NCBI GenBank assembly: GCA_964016885.1
Contig: OZ024747.1
Span: forward strand, 11,656,001-11,720,000
Source: Eledone cirrhosa
Lineage: Eukaryota
Length of the DNA: 64,000 bases
Direction: 5' to 3'
The position numbers and the translations under genes were made by a program. Below, one piece after another: positions 44,240-58,377 of the stretch (positions are counted from its first letter, which is position 1; each line of letters begins with the position of its first letter). Below the pieces are notes generated by a model. It saw only the letters and a list, made by a program, of their open reading frames with translations. It did not search any database and was not told the origin of the DNA.

Positions 44240-44376
44240 GATAGATAGTTATGTACACACACACACACAGATAGATAGTTATGTACACATACACACACAA
44301 ATATATTTATATATATATATACATATATACTTACATATACATAGATACATGCATATGTACACACACACACACACAA

Positions 44377-44419
<43 letters not shown>

Positions 44420-44916
44420 TGTACTTACATATACATATATGCATATGTATATATACACATACATTGTATATATATATGTACACACACACACACACACACA
44501 CATATATACTTACATATACATAGATAGATGCATATGTACACACACACACACACATATATACATATATATACTTACATATACATATATGCATATGTATATA
44601 TACACATACATTGTATATATATATATATGTACACACACACACACACATATATATACTTACATATACATATACTTACACATGCATATGTATATACACACAC
44701 ACACATTACACACACACACACACATATATATATATACGCCAGTCCATCGCAGGGTTAAACTGGACCAACATGAAATGAAGTGTTTTGTTCAAGAACACAG
44801 TCCAGGAATTGAACTCACAATGTTATGGTCACAAGTCCAACACCCTTACCACTAGGCCATTATACACACACACACACACACACACATTATATATATCTAT
44901 ATATATATATATATAT

Positions 44917-45130
44917 AACGAAGGAAATGTGGTAAGGAACCAGGTGGACCATAACGCACCAAAGTACTCAATACTTAGGGTAGTAGAGTGGGTAATAGGA
45001 ACGAGTAGGACCCCGACGGCTGAGCTCAAGCCGTTTCGACGGGTAATTTTTTAATTTTTTTAATTTTTTTTAGTCCAGAATTAGCCGTCGAAACGGCTTG
45101 AGCTCAGCCGTCGGGGTCCTACTCGTTCCT
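44917..45130. mobile_element. AACGAAGGAAATG family palindromic element
   Basis: Same termini as 27313-27528 but a different central spacer. Confidence 0.75.
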
Positions 45131-45199
45131 ATATATATATTTAATGGTCGCTTATATTTATGGTACGTCAAAATTATTTATAAAACTGTTTATATATTG

Positions 45200-45267
45200 T
45201 ATTTTATCTGACGAAGGCATGCCATATTTTTTTTATATGGTATCCCTGAAATATGTATAATGAAATA
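45200..45267 (+). ncRNA. Type I hammerhead ribozyme motif in a pLTR-like fragment (about 45143-45308)
   Basis: TATTTTAT-CTGACGA-AGGCATGCCATAT..ATATGGTATCCCT-GAAA-TATGTA-TA-ATGAAATA. Confidence 0.82.
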
Positions 45268-45307
45268 AATATGGTTTTATAAATATAGTTTCCATTTGTT
45301 TAATATC

Positions 45308-45347
<40 letters not shown>

Positions 45348-46499
45348 CATACATATGTATACATTTACTTACATATATACCTATATCTATTTATAAGATT
45401 ATAGCAAGACAAATTGAATATTAAAGATAAAAATATGAATAATGAAATGTCACCTTACAAATATTCAATTCATCTTGATATATTTCGTGTAAAAACTCCT
45501 TTTGTAAAATATTAAAAGAACACGGGGGAGATGTGAGTATTGTGTATATACGGGGGAGATGTGAGTATTGTGTATACACAGGGGAGATGTGAGTATTGTG
45601 TACCCATTATAAAGGCAAGCCGAATTCTTATTCTAAAATCAATAAACATATTAAAGCTTTCAATTTCGAAGTTTACGTTGGTCATTAATTATAACGGTTA
45701 AAAAATGGAGGTGGTTTGACAGAATTGGTACCGTAAGGCGAAGTGTTTTGAGATATTCCGTTTCGATTCTTTACGTGGAAAAATTTATCTTTCATCTGTC
45801 GACAAGATGAAGTAGCAGCCGTATATTTTGATATCGTGTCTAAATTCCTGTACAGCTCTAAGTAGATTCTTCATCTGAGTATTATTTCAAGTAGTAAATA
45901 TTCTATATTTTATTTATATCATCCATATAGAAGAGAGATTTTATCTCTAGAATGTGTAACCATTGTAGTTTCACTCAACAAAGTTGTTAATAGAGATATA
46001 AACTGACAAAAATATGATGAAAATAAGGTATTTCTCAGGAAAATTCTTTTTTTATAGAGATCGGGATGATTTTTATTATCCTCCCTTTATATTAAAGGAT
46101 TGGGTTTTATTACCTCCCCTTTATATTACAGCCCAAACACTTCCAAGTGTTGTATTTAGATGTTGTTGTTACACTGTCTTGGTGTAGATTATGACAGTAG
46201 GAATATAGATCAAGTGTCTCTAAATCGCAGGAGATAATGATATTCACAAAAATATACAGATAAAATTTAAGAATCCAAAGATGGGCCCTGTTCATAGCTC
46301 AATGCGCATGCTCATATAAACTGACAACTACCCGAAGTCGTTAGATTGTATTGATTGCCAAGTGATTGCTACGCTCTTGTGTTCTCGTATTTGTGAATTA
46401 TTAAAAACGGACTTCGAGTAACAATATAGCTTGCTGAATGAAAATTTTATCTATTGTTCCTACTATTTTCTCTTTGTATTGTACGATTTTTAAACAACC

Positions 46500-47310
46500 C
46501 AATGTCTCCATTTAAGAAAATGTGTCGTCAATACAGCATTGTTTATTTATCTTATGGGTTTATCGCTTCTCCTTTGTGTCTCATGTACAACGAAACAGTA
46601 AGCAACGAAGCTACGAAGTCTTCACGTTTACAGTATCATTTATATTCTAAGCATGCCGTCACATTTCTTACAACCTAAGACCTCATTCAAAAAGCAGAAA
46701 ACGTTGATCTCGGAATCTCAGGAAGCAACTACACAACAAGAAAAATGCTGATTGCGTTGTACAACATTGCGTTACTGGTCGCACAGCTCGGTAAATCCCA
46801 CATTATAGAAGAAACGACCCGTTATTGAAAAGGTTCTCTCGGCTGCACCGCATAAAACACTTGACACACTCATCAAGACTATTTTATTTAGTAAAAACAC
46901 AATTTCTCGATATATAGATGAAATAGTCACCAAGATCAAACATCAATTAATCCATTATCTGATCTGAATTTTTCATACAAGTTGACAAATCAACAGTTGT
47001 GGGAAGTCAATGCTTGAAGATGGTGTATGTTCGTTTTTATTTTTGATAAAAATATTTAATCTTGTGAGATGTTGTTTACTGTTCAATTATAGCTTGATTC
47101 AAACAATATCTCTAATTTAAATTTATTGAAGCTATCTTTTAATAAACATAACATCCCATTAAACAATATTGTTGCCTGTGTATCTGATAGAGTGCCTGCT
47201 ATGGTAGGCAGATAGAGGAGTTTCTCTTCTCTCTTAAAACTTGAACTTTCGCATCCTGTTTTAACAGTTCGTTGTCTCGTTCACCGGCAACATTTAGTGG
47301 CGAAATATCA
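46500..47310 (+). pseudogene. Decayed hAT (Buster/Charlie-type, ZBED8/SCAND3-like) transposase
   Basis: KKMCRQYSIVYLSYGFI..LCLMYNETVSNEATKSSRLQYHL; later NIPLNNIVACVSD..PAMVGR and RCLVHRQHLVAK (CxxH-type motif); many stops and frameshifts. Confidence 0.8.
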
Positions 47311-47332
47311 ACGGGAAGCTTTAGTGATGTAC

Positions 47333-47389
<57 letters not shown>

Positions 47390-47398
47390 ATATATATA

Positions 47399-47586
47399 GT
47401 TTTAATATAGATGAGATTCTACAGGACTAGAACTGTTTCATTCATTAGAAATCATCAGGAATCTAATTCTAATGAATGAAACAGTTCTAGTCCTGTAGAA
47501 TCTCATCTATATTAAAACTGTTATACTCTGCTATGTATTGAGTACCTTACTTACTGTGGTTACCTCCGATTCAACCCGGAATAACG
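47399..47586. mobile_element. Divergent inverted pair with a complete hammerhead on the minus arm
   Basis: Arms ~47399-47450 and 47467-47519 are reverse complements; both ends in (TA)n. Confidence 0.8.
47414..47464 (-). ncRNA. Type I hammerhead ribozyme, canonical core
   Basis: AGATTC-CTGATGA-TTTC-TAAT-GAAT-GAAA-CAG-TTCTAGTC-CTG-TA-GAATCT; perfect 6-bp stem I, GUA cleavage triplet. Confidence 0.9.
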
Positions 47587-47850
<264 letters not shown>

Positions 47851-47882
47851 AAATATTATATATATATATATATATATATGTA

Positions 47883-47925
<43 letters not shown>

Positions 47926-47927
47926 AC

Positions 47928-48036
47928 CTCAAATCCCGCCGAAGTTAACTTCGCCTTTCATCCTTACGGGGGTCGATAAAATAAAGTACCAGTAATGCAC
48001 TGGGATATTTGCTGGCCTTGTGCCAAAAGTAGAAAC

Positions 48037-48093
<57 letters not shown>

Positions 48094-48562
48094 TGTGCGT
48101 GTGCCTATATCGGTTTATGTCCTACGACATAACAGTTCGTCAATAGAAATCGATAAAATATGTGTTAGACTGGAGATCGATATGATCATCTATGCCCCAG
48201 CATGACCTCAGCCTAATTACTGAAACAAGTTTTGCAATATCATAAAATATTTCCAGTTACGAAAGGAAGGGAAACAATGACAAAAAGGCACTAATATCAA
48301 CAACAACATCATATACTACAACAACAACAACATCATATACTACAACAACATTGTATAACAAAAATATATATATAATAACAACATATATAATTGTTTCTAC
48401 TTTTGGCACAAGTGTATTACTGGTACTTTATTTTATCGACCCCGTAAGGATGAAAGGCAAAGTTAACCTCGGCGGGATTTGAACTCAGAATGGCAAGGGC
48501 CGTAACTCTATGCTAGAAAGCATGGCGTCCGACCCTCTACCGATACTGCCAATCCACCGCCC
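47928..48562. mobile_element. Two SINE family A copies (47928-48040 +, 48390-48562 -)
   Basis: Family A core and head motifs. Confidence 0.8.
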
Positions 48563-48767
48563 TTATAACATACATAATGTTTTTATAGCATAACAATAAC
48601 AACATATAACAACAACATATACAACAACAATATATAACAACAACAACAACAATATAGATTATAACCATCAATTAGTAATTATTTAGAAAATATATGTATA
48701 TTGTGTGTATATATATATAATCTGTATATGTATGTATATTGTGTATGTGTGTATCTATAATGAATGT

Positions 48768-48875
<108 letters not shown>

Positions 48876-49282
48876 GTGTGTGTATAATGTATGTATATAT
48901 ATATGTATGAATGTATGTATGTATATATGTATGGTTCAGCGTATACCTCTATGTATATATGTGTATGCATATGTATATAATATATATGTGGATGTATGTG
49001 TGTCTCAGGGTATACGTGCATATGAATGTGTGTGCATGTGAATGTGTGTATGTGTATGTGTGCATATGAATGTGTGTGTGTATGAGTGTGCGTATTTGAT
49101 AGTGTGGTCTCGTTTTCAAAAGTCTTTAAATGGAATTTTTAATAAGTTTATCTGAAATGTAATGACTCCATCTTTAAAAAGAAATAAGAAAATATTAGCT
49201 GGAATTGCAGAGAATCAATTTAGTCTTTGAATGGGGATAAAACCTCTAATTGGTTGACCGAGCTTTACTAATGAAGATTTGC

Positions 49283-49324
49283 AAACAACAACAACAACTA
49301 CTACTGCTACTGCTACTACTACTA

Positions 49325-49368
<44 letters not shown>

Positions 49369-49417
49369 ACTACTGCTGCTGCTGCTACTACTACTGCTAC
49401 TACTGCTGCTGCTGCTG

Positions 49418-49466
<49 letters not shown>

Positions 49467-49561
49467 GACAATAACAAACATCAGCAATAACAATCACCAA
49501 ACCAATAACAAAACAGCCACCAGAACAACAACAACAACAACAACTACTACTGCTGCTGCTG

Positions 49562-49613
<52 letters not shown>

Positions 49614-50245
49614 GACAATAACAAACAACAGCAATAACAATCACCAACCCAATAACAAAACAGCCACCAGAACAACAACAACAACAACTACTACTGTTGC
49701 TGCTGCTGCTGCGACTACTACAATAACAACAGCAATAACAACCGCCGACCCAATAATAACAAAACAACCACCAGAACAATAACAACAACCACAACAACCA
49801 CCACAACAACAACCACAACAACAGCAATAACAACGACGACGATGACAATAAAAGAAAACAGCAGCACCAACCACAACAATAATAACAATCGCATTGACAA
49901 CAACAACAACAACAACCACATTAACAACAATAACAACAACAACCACAAGGACGATGACAACGACAAAAGAAAACAACAGTACCACCGACCACTACAACAA
50001 TAACAACAATAACAACCACAACAATAACAACAATAACAACCACAACAATAACAACAATAACGACAAACAACAATAACAACAATAACGACCACAACAATAA
50101 CAACAATAACAACCACAACAATAACAACAACAACAACCACCGCAATAACAACAATAACAACAACAACAACCACCGCAATGACAACAATAACGACCGTCTC
50201 TAAGATGTCTTTTGTTAACTGTAAACATTGTCCAGCAACAGCAAC

Positions 50246-50313
<68 letters not shown>

Positions 50314-50450
50314 TAGTAGTAGTACAAAAATACATGTGAATTCACTGTCATCATCATCACCGCCATCGTTGTTGACAACAAAGATGGCGGTGACGGCGTC
50401 AGTATAGAAAAGGACAAACAGCTTTTTAATTACACAAACGGCTGCTTCAG

Positions 50451-50489
<39 letters not shown>

Positions 50490-51172
50490 TCATCACCAAC
50501 CTCATCAACGACACCAACACCAACATCATCATCATCACCACCACCACCACCATCAACAACACCATCCATCACCAACAACAACATCGCCAACATCATCATC
50601 AACATCATCATCATCGCCAACAACATCATCATCACCATCACCAACATCAACATCAACATCTCCAACAACATCACCATCATCATCACCAACAACATTATCA
50701 TCACCATCACCATCACCATCATCATCATCATCATCATCACCAACACCATCACCAACAACAACAATAACATCATCATCATCATCATCATCATCATCGCCAA
50801 CAACATTATCATCATCATCACCAACACCATCACCAACAACAGCATCCCCAACAACAACAACATCGTCATCATCATCATCAACAACATCATCATCATCATC
50901 ATCACCACCAACAACATTATCATCACCATCGCCATCATCATCATCAACAACATCATCATCACCATCACCATCACCATCATCATCATCAACAACAACATCA
51001 TCATCACCAACAACATCACCATCACCATCATCACCAACAACATCATCAGCACCAACACCATCACCAACAGCAACATCCCCAACAACAACAGCAACATCAT
51101 CACCATCACCAACAACAACATCATCATCATCACCAACAACATCAACAACAACATCATCATCACCACCAACCA
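49283..51172. repeat. Trinucleotide microsatellite field (CTA/CTG/CAA/TAG/CAT)
   Basis: Directly visible; includes a ~150-bp local duplication around 49440-49740. Confidence 0.9.
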
Positions 51173-51332
51173 TGAACCACTGTCACCATTATGTAAGATA
51201 TATCAACTGTTAAACAGTTAAACAGTAATCCAACAGTTTCAAACATCTCGTCTTTCTTCCACACTCAAATATCGTCTACAAATCTCACATCACAACTTTC
51301 TTTCTTTGTCGACCCCATTTCGTTGTTTTCAA

Positions 51333-51415
<83 letters not shown>

Positions 51416-51639
51416 ATCTATCTATCAATCTCAGACATGTATGTGTGTATGTGTGTTGTTGTGACCGAGTTTCTGTATACCTAAATGTATGCATGTATGC
51501 ACATCTGTCTGTCGGTATTTGCCAATTGTTCTTTCCCTCTTCGAAATAAACAACGTATCCACCTAGCTATTTATTTGGCTATTTGTCTCTCTGTCTATTT
51601 ATCTATCCACCTGTTTGTCTATTTATCGATCTCTGTCTG

Positions 51640-51682
<43 letters not shown>

Positions 51683-51685
51683 CTC

Positions 51686-51900
51686 TGTGCTCCCGAGGAG
51701 AAGGGTTGCACACTTTTTTTCGGGGGTGTGTGCGACCCCCCGAGGATTGAGGATTTTGTTATAAAATTTATTTTGTGATATTTTATTTTATTTTTATATC
51801 TTGTTATTGCCTCCTCCTTATTGAGGACGCCTTTTCATGTAAACTTCCCCCTTTGTACTTGCCCCACTTTTTGATGCCCTGGTGGCAAATAAAAAGAAAA
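51686..51900 (+). mobile_element. 3' UTR-only copy of a Tx1/L1-like LINE
   Basis: Homologous to ~52440-52635 (GGGTTGCAC..TGTAAACTTCC.CCTTTGTA..AATAAA); flanked by (TATC)n. Confidence 0.65.
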
Positions 51901-51920
51901 TTATCTATCTATTTATCTAC

Positions 51921-52636
51921 CAGTTCGGGACAAGTTTTACAGACATGGGCGCCCGGGCAGGGACCCTGCAAAAAAGATCTGTCCGAGGTGCGTGCGAGAC
52001 GAAGAAACCGTCGCGCACGCATTCATACACTGCCCGGGTGTCACCGACCTGTGGGGCTATGTAGAACGACTATTGTCGCGGGTGGGACCAATCCGGTTGA
52101 CCACCGAGTCCATTGTCATGATCAAACCGCCACCCTCCTTCAAAAACGAAGGAGAGGCGGTTTTCCTTTGTGTGATAGCTATGGCGAAAGAGGTTGTATG
52201 GTGGACAAGGTTGAAAGGGCTGAGGTCAGACACCTTTCTCTCCGGCCAACAACTGATTCTTTTTTTCAAATACCATTTTGGAAGAAGAATCAGGATGGAG
52301 AGAGAGGTGCTGTACCCCAGCAAGTTTTATGAAAGGTGGGTGAAAGTGGCGAGAATGGCCCGAGTGAATGGGCCTTCTCTCTATATCAGCCTGTAGGTTG
52401 AGGAAAAGGAGGAGGAGAGGAAAGGAGTACAAACTCTTCGTACTCCTGGAGATGAGGGTTGCACATTTTTTTTTCGGGGGTATGTGTTACCCATATGAAC
52501 TGTCTCCCCTATTGGGGAAAATCGACTAATTTTTAAATTGCATTTGTGATAATATTTTACGTTTTTATTGTATGTAAACTTCCTCCTTTGTATTTGTCCC
52601 CTTCTTTTGTGCCCCTGTGGCTAATAAAGAAACATA
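51921..52636 (+). mobile_element. Tx1/L1-like LINE 3' end (C-terminal zinc-binding region + 3' UTR)
   Basis: CPRC..DEETVAHAFIHCP..LW..KEVVWWTR..F..RW; ORF stop at 52396; AATAAAGAAA then (TATC)n. Confidence 0.75.
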
Positions 52637-53826
52637 TCTATCTATCTATCTATCTATTTATCTACCCATCTATCTCTCTGTCTGTGTCTGTCTGTCTATT
52701 TATCTGTCTGTCTATCTATCTGTCTGTCTATCTGCTTGTATATCTATCTGCTTGACTGTCTGTCCCCCACCTTCACAGCCAATATCGTTCCCAGTTCAAT
52801 ATGACATACCTCCACCCTCCCCCATCACAGTCCGAAGTGATGTTACCCTTCCCCACCACAACATTCATCACTTACTCCGATTTCACAAACGAATCTCAAT
52901 AAAATTAAAAGTCAAATTAAGAAAATAAAAGGACAGAATAAAAACATAATTAAATAAATAAATAAAACAAACAAATTTAGTGAAATTTTACTTAAAATTT
53001 GGTGAAAATGTAATTATTTTTCTTTTGTCCTAAACACACAAAATGGCGGAATTGTTTTTGTCAGCAGCAGCAATGCATGCTGGGAAATGTATAGTTATAG
53101 CGTGTGGGTTTATATATGTATGTGTGTATGTGTTTGTGTATATAAGATATTTCATATGTTTAGGTTTAGGTTTTAATGTGTACGAGTGTATGTGTACGTA
53201 AGTGTATGTGTCAGTGTCGTTATACACACTCACTCACTCACTTTATCAACTATATGCATACACACGTGACTTTGTGAGGGCAGTGAGTGCAGACATTTGT
53301 ATGTATGTATGTATGAGTGTATGTAAATATAGATAGATGACGTGTAGTGTTCACCTTTAAGTAAGGGGGAGGAGCAGCTTGTATGTGTGTGTGCGGTTCC
53401 ATGTGCAATTTGACAGACACACACAGACACACACACACACTGAGTAAACGAAAGGACATCCCACTTGGAGAGGTGTGGGTAGGGGCGGTAAGTGAAGGAC
53501 TGTGTAAGTATATGTGTTGGTGTGACTGGAGGGGGAGGAGAAGAAGAAGAAAAGAGGAAAAAAGAAGAAGAGAAAAAAAGAAGAAGAAGAAGAAGAAGAA
53601 GAAGAAGAAGAAGAAGAAGAAGAAGAAGAAATGTAGTGATGTCTCAATAGGAGTCCTCTCTCTCGTCCTACATTATTGTTTGCTAATTGAATAAATGAAG
53701 CAATACATTTACACACACAGATATGTGTGTGTGTATGTGCGTATATATACATACATACACACACACACATATATATATATATACGCACACACATATATAC
53801 ATATATCTTTGTGTGTAAATGCATTG

Positions 53827-53863
<37 letters not shown>

Positions 53864-54574
53864 CAGAAAATATACACAGAAAACGCTACATAAGACAGAC
53901 AACTGCATCTCTACCTTTTCAACCACCTTCTGGTGCGCAATTTTGAGCATTACGGTATGATTACACTTGTAATACCAGTTTGCTGGAGAACTGCTTTTTT
54001 GGTAAGATTAGTTCAAACATTATCACAACAAAGAATGGACAGAAAAATGACGAGGCTCTTTCGACAAAACTACAACTAATAAATACTTTAAAATATATAA
54101 ACAGACTTGTGATAAAATTGTTGTTTCTTATCTTGTTCGAACAACATAACAAAACCGCTCATGGAATTAACTTGCAGGTGGATGAATATTCCATAGACAC
54201 GTGTACACTAAACGTAGTTCTCAGGGAGATTCAGCGTGACACAGTGTGTGTGACAGGTACAACTAATTCTTTTCCAATGTTGTAGGGGGCCAACTAAACC
54301 TACATAGGTGGGAGCTGTAACAACAACAGCAGCGTAAAAAAATGTTTCCTACTGAGGGATACGGCATACCGCTGGGAATCGAACTCACAATCATACAACA
54401 CTGAAAGAATAATATTTGCTGATGACACCCCATCTGATCCATTTGCACGTGCAATTGCTATAAATGTGCGTCGTACATTTATTTGGCTACACATATAGCC
54501 ATGTGAAGCTGAAATTATCGATGGCCCATATAGAGAGAGGGGGGGTAGCGAGGGAGATAGATAGGTAGAGGGAA

Positions 54575-54654
<80 letters not shown>

Positions 54655-55191
54655 TAAGGCAGGCAGATAGATAGATAGATAAAGAGAGAGGAAGGCAGAT
54701 AGATAGGTAGATAGATAGATAGAAAGGCAGATAGATAGGTAGATAGATAGATAGAAAGGCAGATAGATAGGTAGATAGACAGAAACTAAAATTCTAAATT
54801 TCCAACGAGAGCTTAGCTTCTTAATGTATATTAACATATGTTATTTTTGCCCATGGTATTTTCATAGTATAATTTTATGTGATATTTTGACTTTAATTCC
54901 AGCAATGTATTTCAAAATGGAAGATATAAGAGTGTTAAGACATTCTACAGTAAGAAACAGCAGTAGTACAGGGTTCCAGAGTTCCCCACTCCCACCCTTT
55001 CTATAACGTTAGCATAACTAAGATGGCGCCCATCTTTATTTCACATTTATTTCCAGATTTTATATTATCAACATTTTAATACGCACGATGTAAACCGCTC
55101 CTAAAGGCCACAATTAATCACGTGATTCTCTGTATATATCCATATGTAGTTGTAAACGTCTCTTACTCTCCTTACTCTTTATCTCTCTCTC

Positions 55192-55249
<58 letters not shown>

Positions 55250-55251
55250 AC

Positions 55252-55336
<85 letters not shown>

Positions 55337-55339
55337 CAC

Positions 55340-55371
<32 letters not shown>

Positions 55372-55492
55372 ACACATATATTTATATATGCATACATAAA
55401 AATACTCATATATTTATATACATACATAAAGAGAAAGTGATGAAGAGGAAAAGATACAAAAAGAGTGTACTATATATACTATGTCACTTTGG

Positions 55493-55552
<60 letters not shown>

Positions 55553-55697
55553 CCAAAGTGACATAGCATGGCTGAAGGGTTAAGAACTTCTGTTTCGCAA
55601 ACATTAGGTCCCACAACATGACATCTTGGGCAAGTATCATTTACCATAGCCTTGGGTCAACTTATGACATTAGGACACTCAAGAAACCTTCTATGTC

Positions 55698-57142
55698 ACA
55701 AGGTTGTAGGAGGCCAGCTAAGTCTACATAAGTGTGAATTGTAATACCTTGATAGGACCGGGGTCCTTATTAAAACACCCATGAAAGACAAGGTTGTAGG
55801 AGGCCTGCTAAGTCTACATAAGTGTGAGTTGTAATACCTTGATATGACCGGGGTCCTTATTAAAACACCCAAGAAAGACAAGGTTGTAGGAGGCCAGCTA
55901 AGTCTACATAAGTGTGAGTTGTAATACCTTGATAGGACCGGGGTCCTTATTAAAACACCCAAGAAAGACAAGGTTGTAGGAGGCCAGCTAAGTCTACATA
56001 GGTGTGAATTGTAATACCTTGATAGGACCGGGGTCCTTATTAAAACACCCAAGAAAGACAAGGTTGTAGGAGGCCAGCTAAGTCTACATAAGTGTGAGTT
56101 GTAATACCTTGATAGGACCGGGGTCCTTATTAAAACACCCAAGAAAGACAAGGTTGTAGGAGGCCAGCTAAGTCTACATAGGTGTGAATTGTAATACCTT
56201 GATAGGACCGGGGTCCTTATTAAAACACCCAAGAAAGACAAGGTTGTAGGAGGCCAGCTAAGTCTACATAAGTGTGAGTTGTAATACCTTGATAGGACCG
56301 GGGTCCTTATTAAAACACCCAAGAAAGACAAGGTTGTAGGAGGCCAGCTAAGTCTACATAAGTGTGAGTTGTAATACCTTGATAGGACCGGGGTCCTTAT
56401 TAAAACACCCAAGAAAGACAAGGTTGTAGGAGGCCAGCTAAGTCTACATAGGTGTGAATTGTAATACCTTGATAGGACCGGGGTCCTTATTAAAACACCC
56501 AAGAAAGACAAGGTTGTAGGAGGCCAGCTAAGTCTACATAAGTGTGAGTTGTAATACCTTGATAGGACCGGGGTCCTTATTAAAACACCCAAGAAAGACA
56601 AGGTTGTAGGAGGCCAGCTAAGTCTACATAAGTGTGAATTGTAATACCTTGATAGGACCGGGGTCCTTATTAAAACACCCATGAAAGACAAGGTTGTAGG
56701 AGGCCTGCTAGGTCTACATAAGTGTGAGTTGTAATACCTTGATATGACCGGGGTCCTTATTAAAACACCCAAGAAAGACAAGGTTGTAGGAGGCCAGCTA
56801 AGTCTACATAAGTGTGAGTTGTAATACCTTGATAGGACCGGGGTCCTTATTAAAACACCCAAGAAAGACAAGGTTGTAGGAGGCCAGCTAAGTCTACATA
56901 GGTGTGAATTGTAATACCTTGATAGGACCGGGGTCCTTATTAAAACACCCAAGAAAGACAAGGTTGTAGGAGGCCAGCTAAGTCTACATAAGTGTGAGTT
57001 GTAATACCTTGATAGGACCGGGGTCCTTATTAAAACACCCAAGAAAGACAAGGTTGTAGGAGGCCAGCTAAGTCTACATAGGTGTGAACTGTAACAAATA
57101 TAACATGACAGGACTGGGGTCCCTGTCATTAAAACAGCCAAG
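55698..57142. repeat. 90-bp minisatellite, ~16 copies, with a 900-bp higher-order duplication
   Basis: Exact 90-bp period; diagnostic variants at 55781/55801/55841 recur at 56681/56701/56741. Confidence 0.95.
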
Positions 57143-57394
57143 ATACAATCTGTAAGCTATAAATTCCATACATAAGCTAGTGTCCCGATATATATATATA
57201 CGTATGTGTGTGAATGCGCGTGAATGTGTGTGTGTGTATGTGTGTGTGTGTGTGTGTGTGTCAGAGTGTGTATGTGCGTGGGAGTGTATGTATGTATGCA
57301 TGTATGTGTGTGGGTAATGACAAACATTCAGTCAGCTGAATCTTCCCAATAAACTTATTATTCTATTTTTTGGCAACAGTTACAGAATAGCCAG

Positions 57395-57469
<75 letters not shown>

Positions 57470-57691
57470 CCTGGCTATTCTGTAACTGTTGCCAAAAATT
57501 GAAATAATAAGTTTATTGGGAAGATTCAGCCGTACTAAGAGTGAGAAATAAAATTTTGTTTCATTTTTTTCCATTTATATATGTATATGTATATATACAC
57601 ATAATATCTGTCAACGCATCCATTAATATATATATATACATATATATATAATGTATGTATATATACACATACATATCTGTCAACGCATCCA

Positions 57692-57735
<44 letters not shown>

Positions 57736-58377
57736 AATGGATGCGTTGACAGATATGTATGTGTTTATATATACATACATTATATATATATGTATATGTG
57801 TGTTTGTGAGTGTGTGTAGAGAGAGAGAATGAGAGAGAGGGGGAGAGGGGGGAGTGAGAGATGGCGAGTGATAAAGAGAGAGAGGGGGAGAGAGAGGGAG
57901 AGAGAGGGGGAGAGTGAGAGATGGCGAGTGAGAAAGAGAGAGAGGGGGAGACAGAGGGGGGAGAGAGGGGGAGAGTGAGAGATGGCGAGTGAGAAAGAGA
58001 GAGAGGGGGAGAGAGAGAGGGGAGAGTGAGAGATGGCGAGTGAGAAAGAGAGAGAGGGGGAGAGAGAGGGGGAGGAGAGAGAGAGAGGGAGAGTGAGAGA
58101 TGGCGAGTGAGAAAGAGAGAGAGAGAGAGGGGGGAGAGAGAGAGAGGGAGAGAGCACGGAGGAGGATATATAAGTAAACCAACCAAAATGTCAAGATACG
58201 ATATAATTATTTCTACTTTTGGCACAAGGCCATCAAATTACTCAGTAAATTACTGGTACTTTATTTTATCGACTCATGAAAGATTGGAACTAAATGTTTT
58301 AACTTTTGACATTATTCCAATATGGATGACATCTTGGTTCTCTGTAAAATCTTCATCACTGATCAAAGGACAATTGA

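Noticed and set aside
50447-51173. Acidic D/V/G-rich or Met-rich protein
   Set aside because: It is a degenerate (CAT/CAA/CAC)n trinucleotide tract open in several frames.
55696-57141. 481-aa ORF of 30-aa repeats
   Set aside because: It results from a stop-free frame in a 90-bp minisatellite; no domain, splice or start context supports coding.
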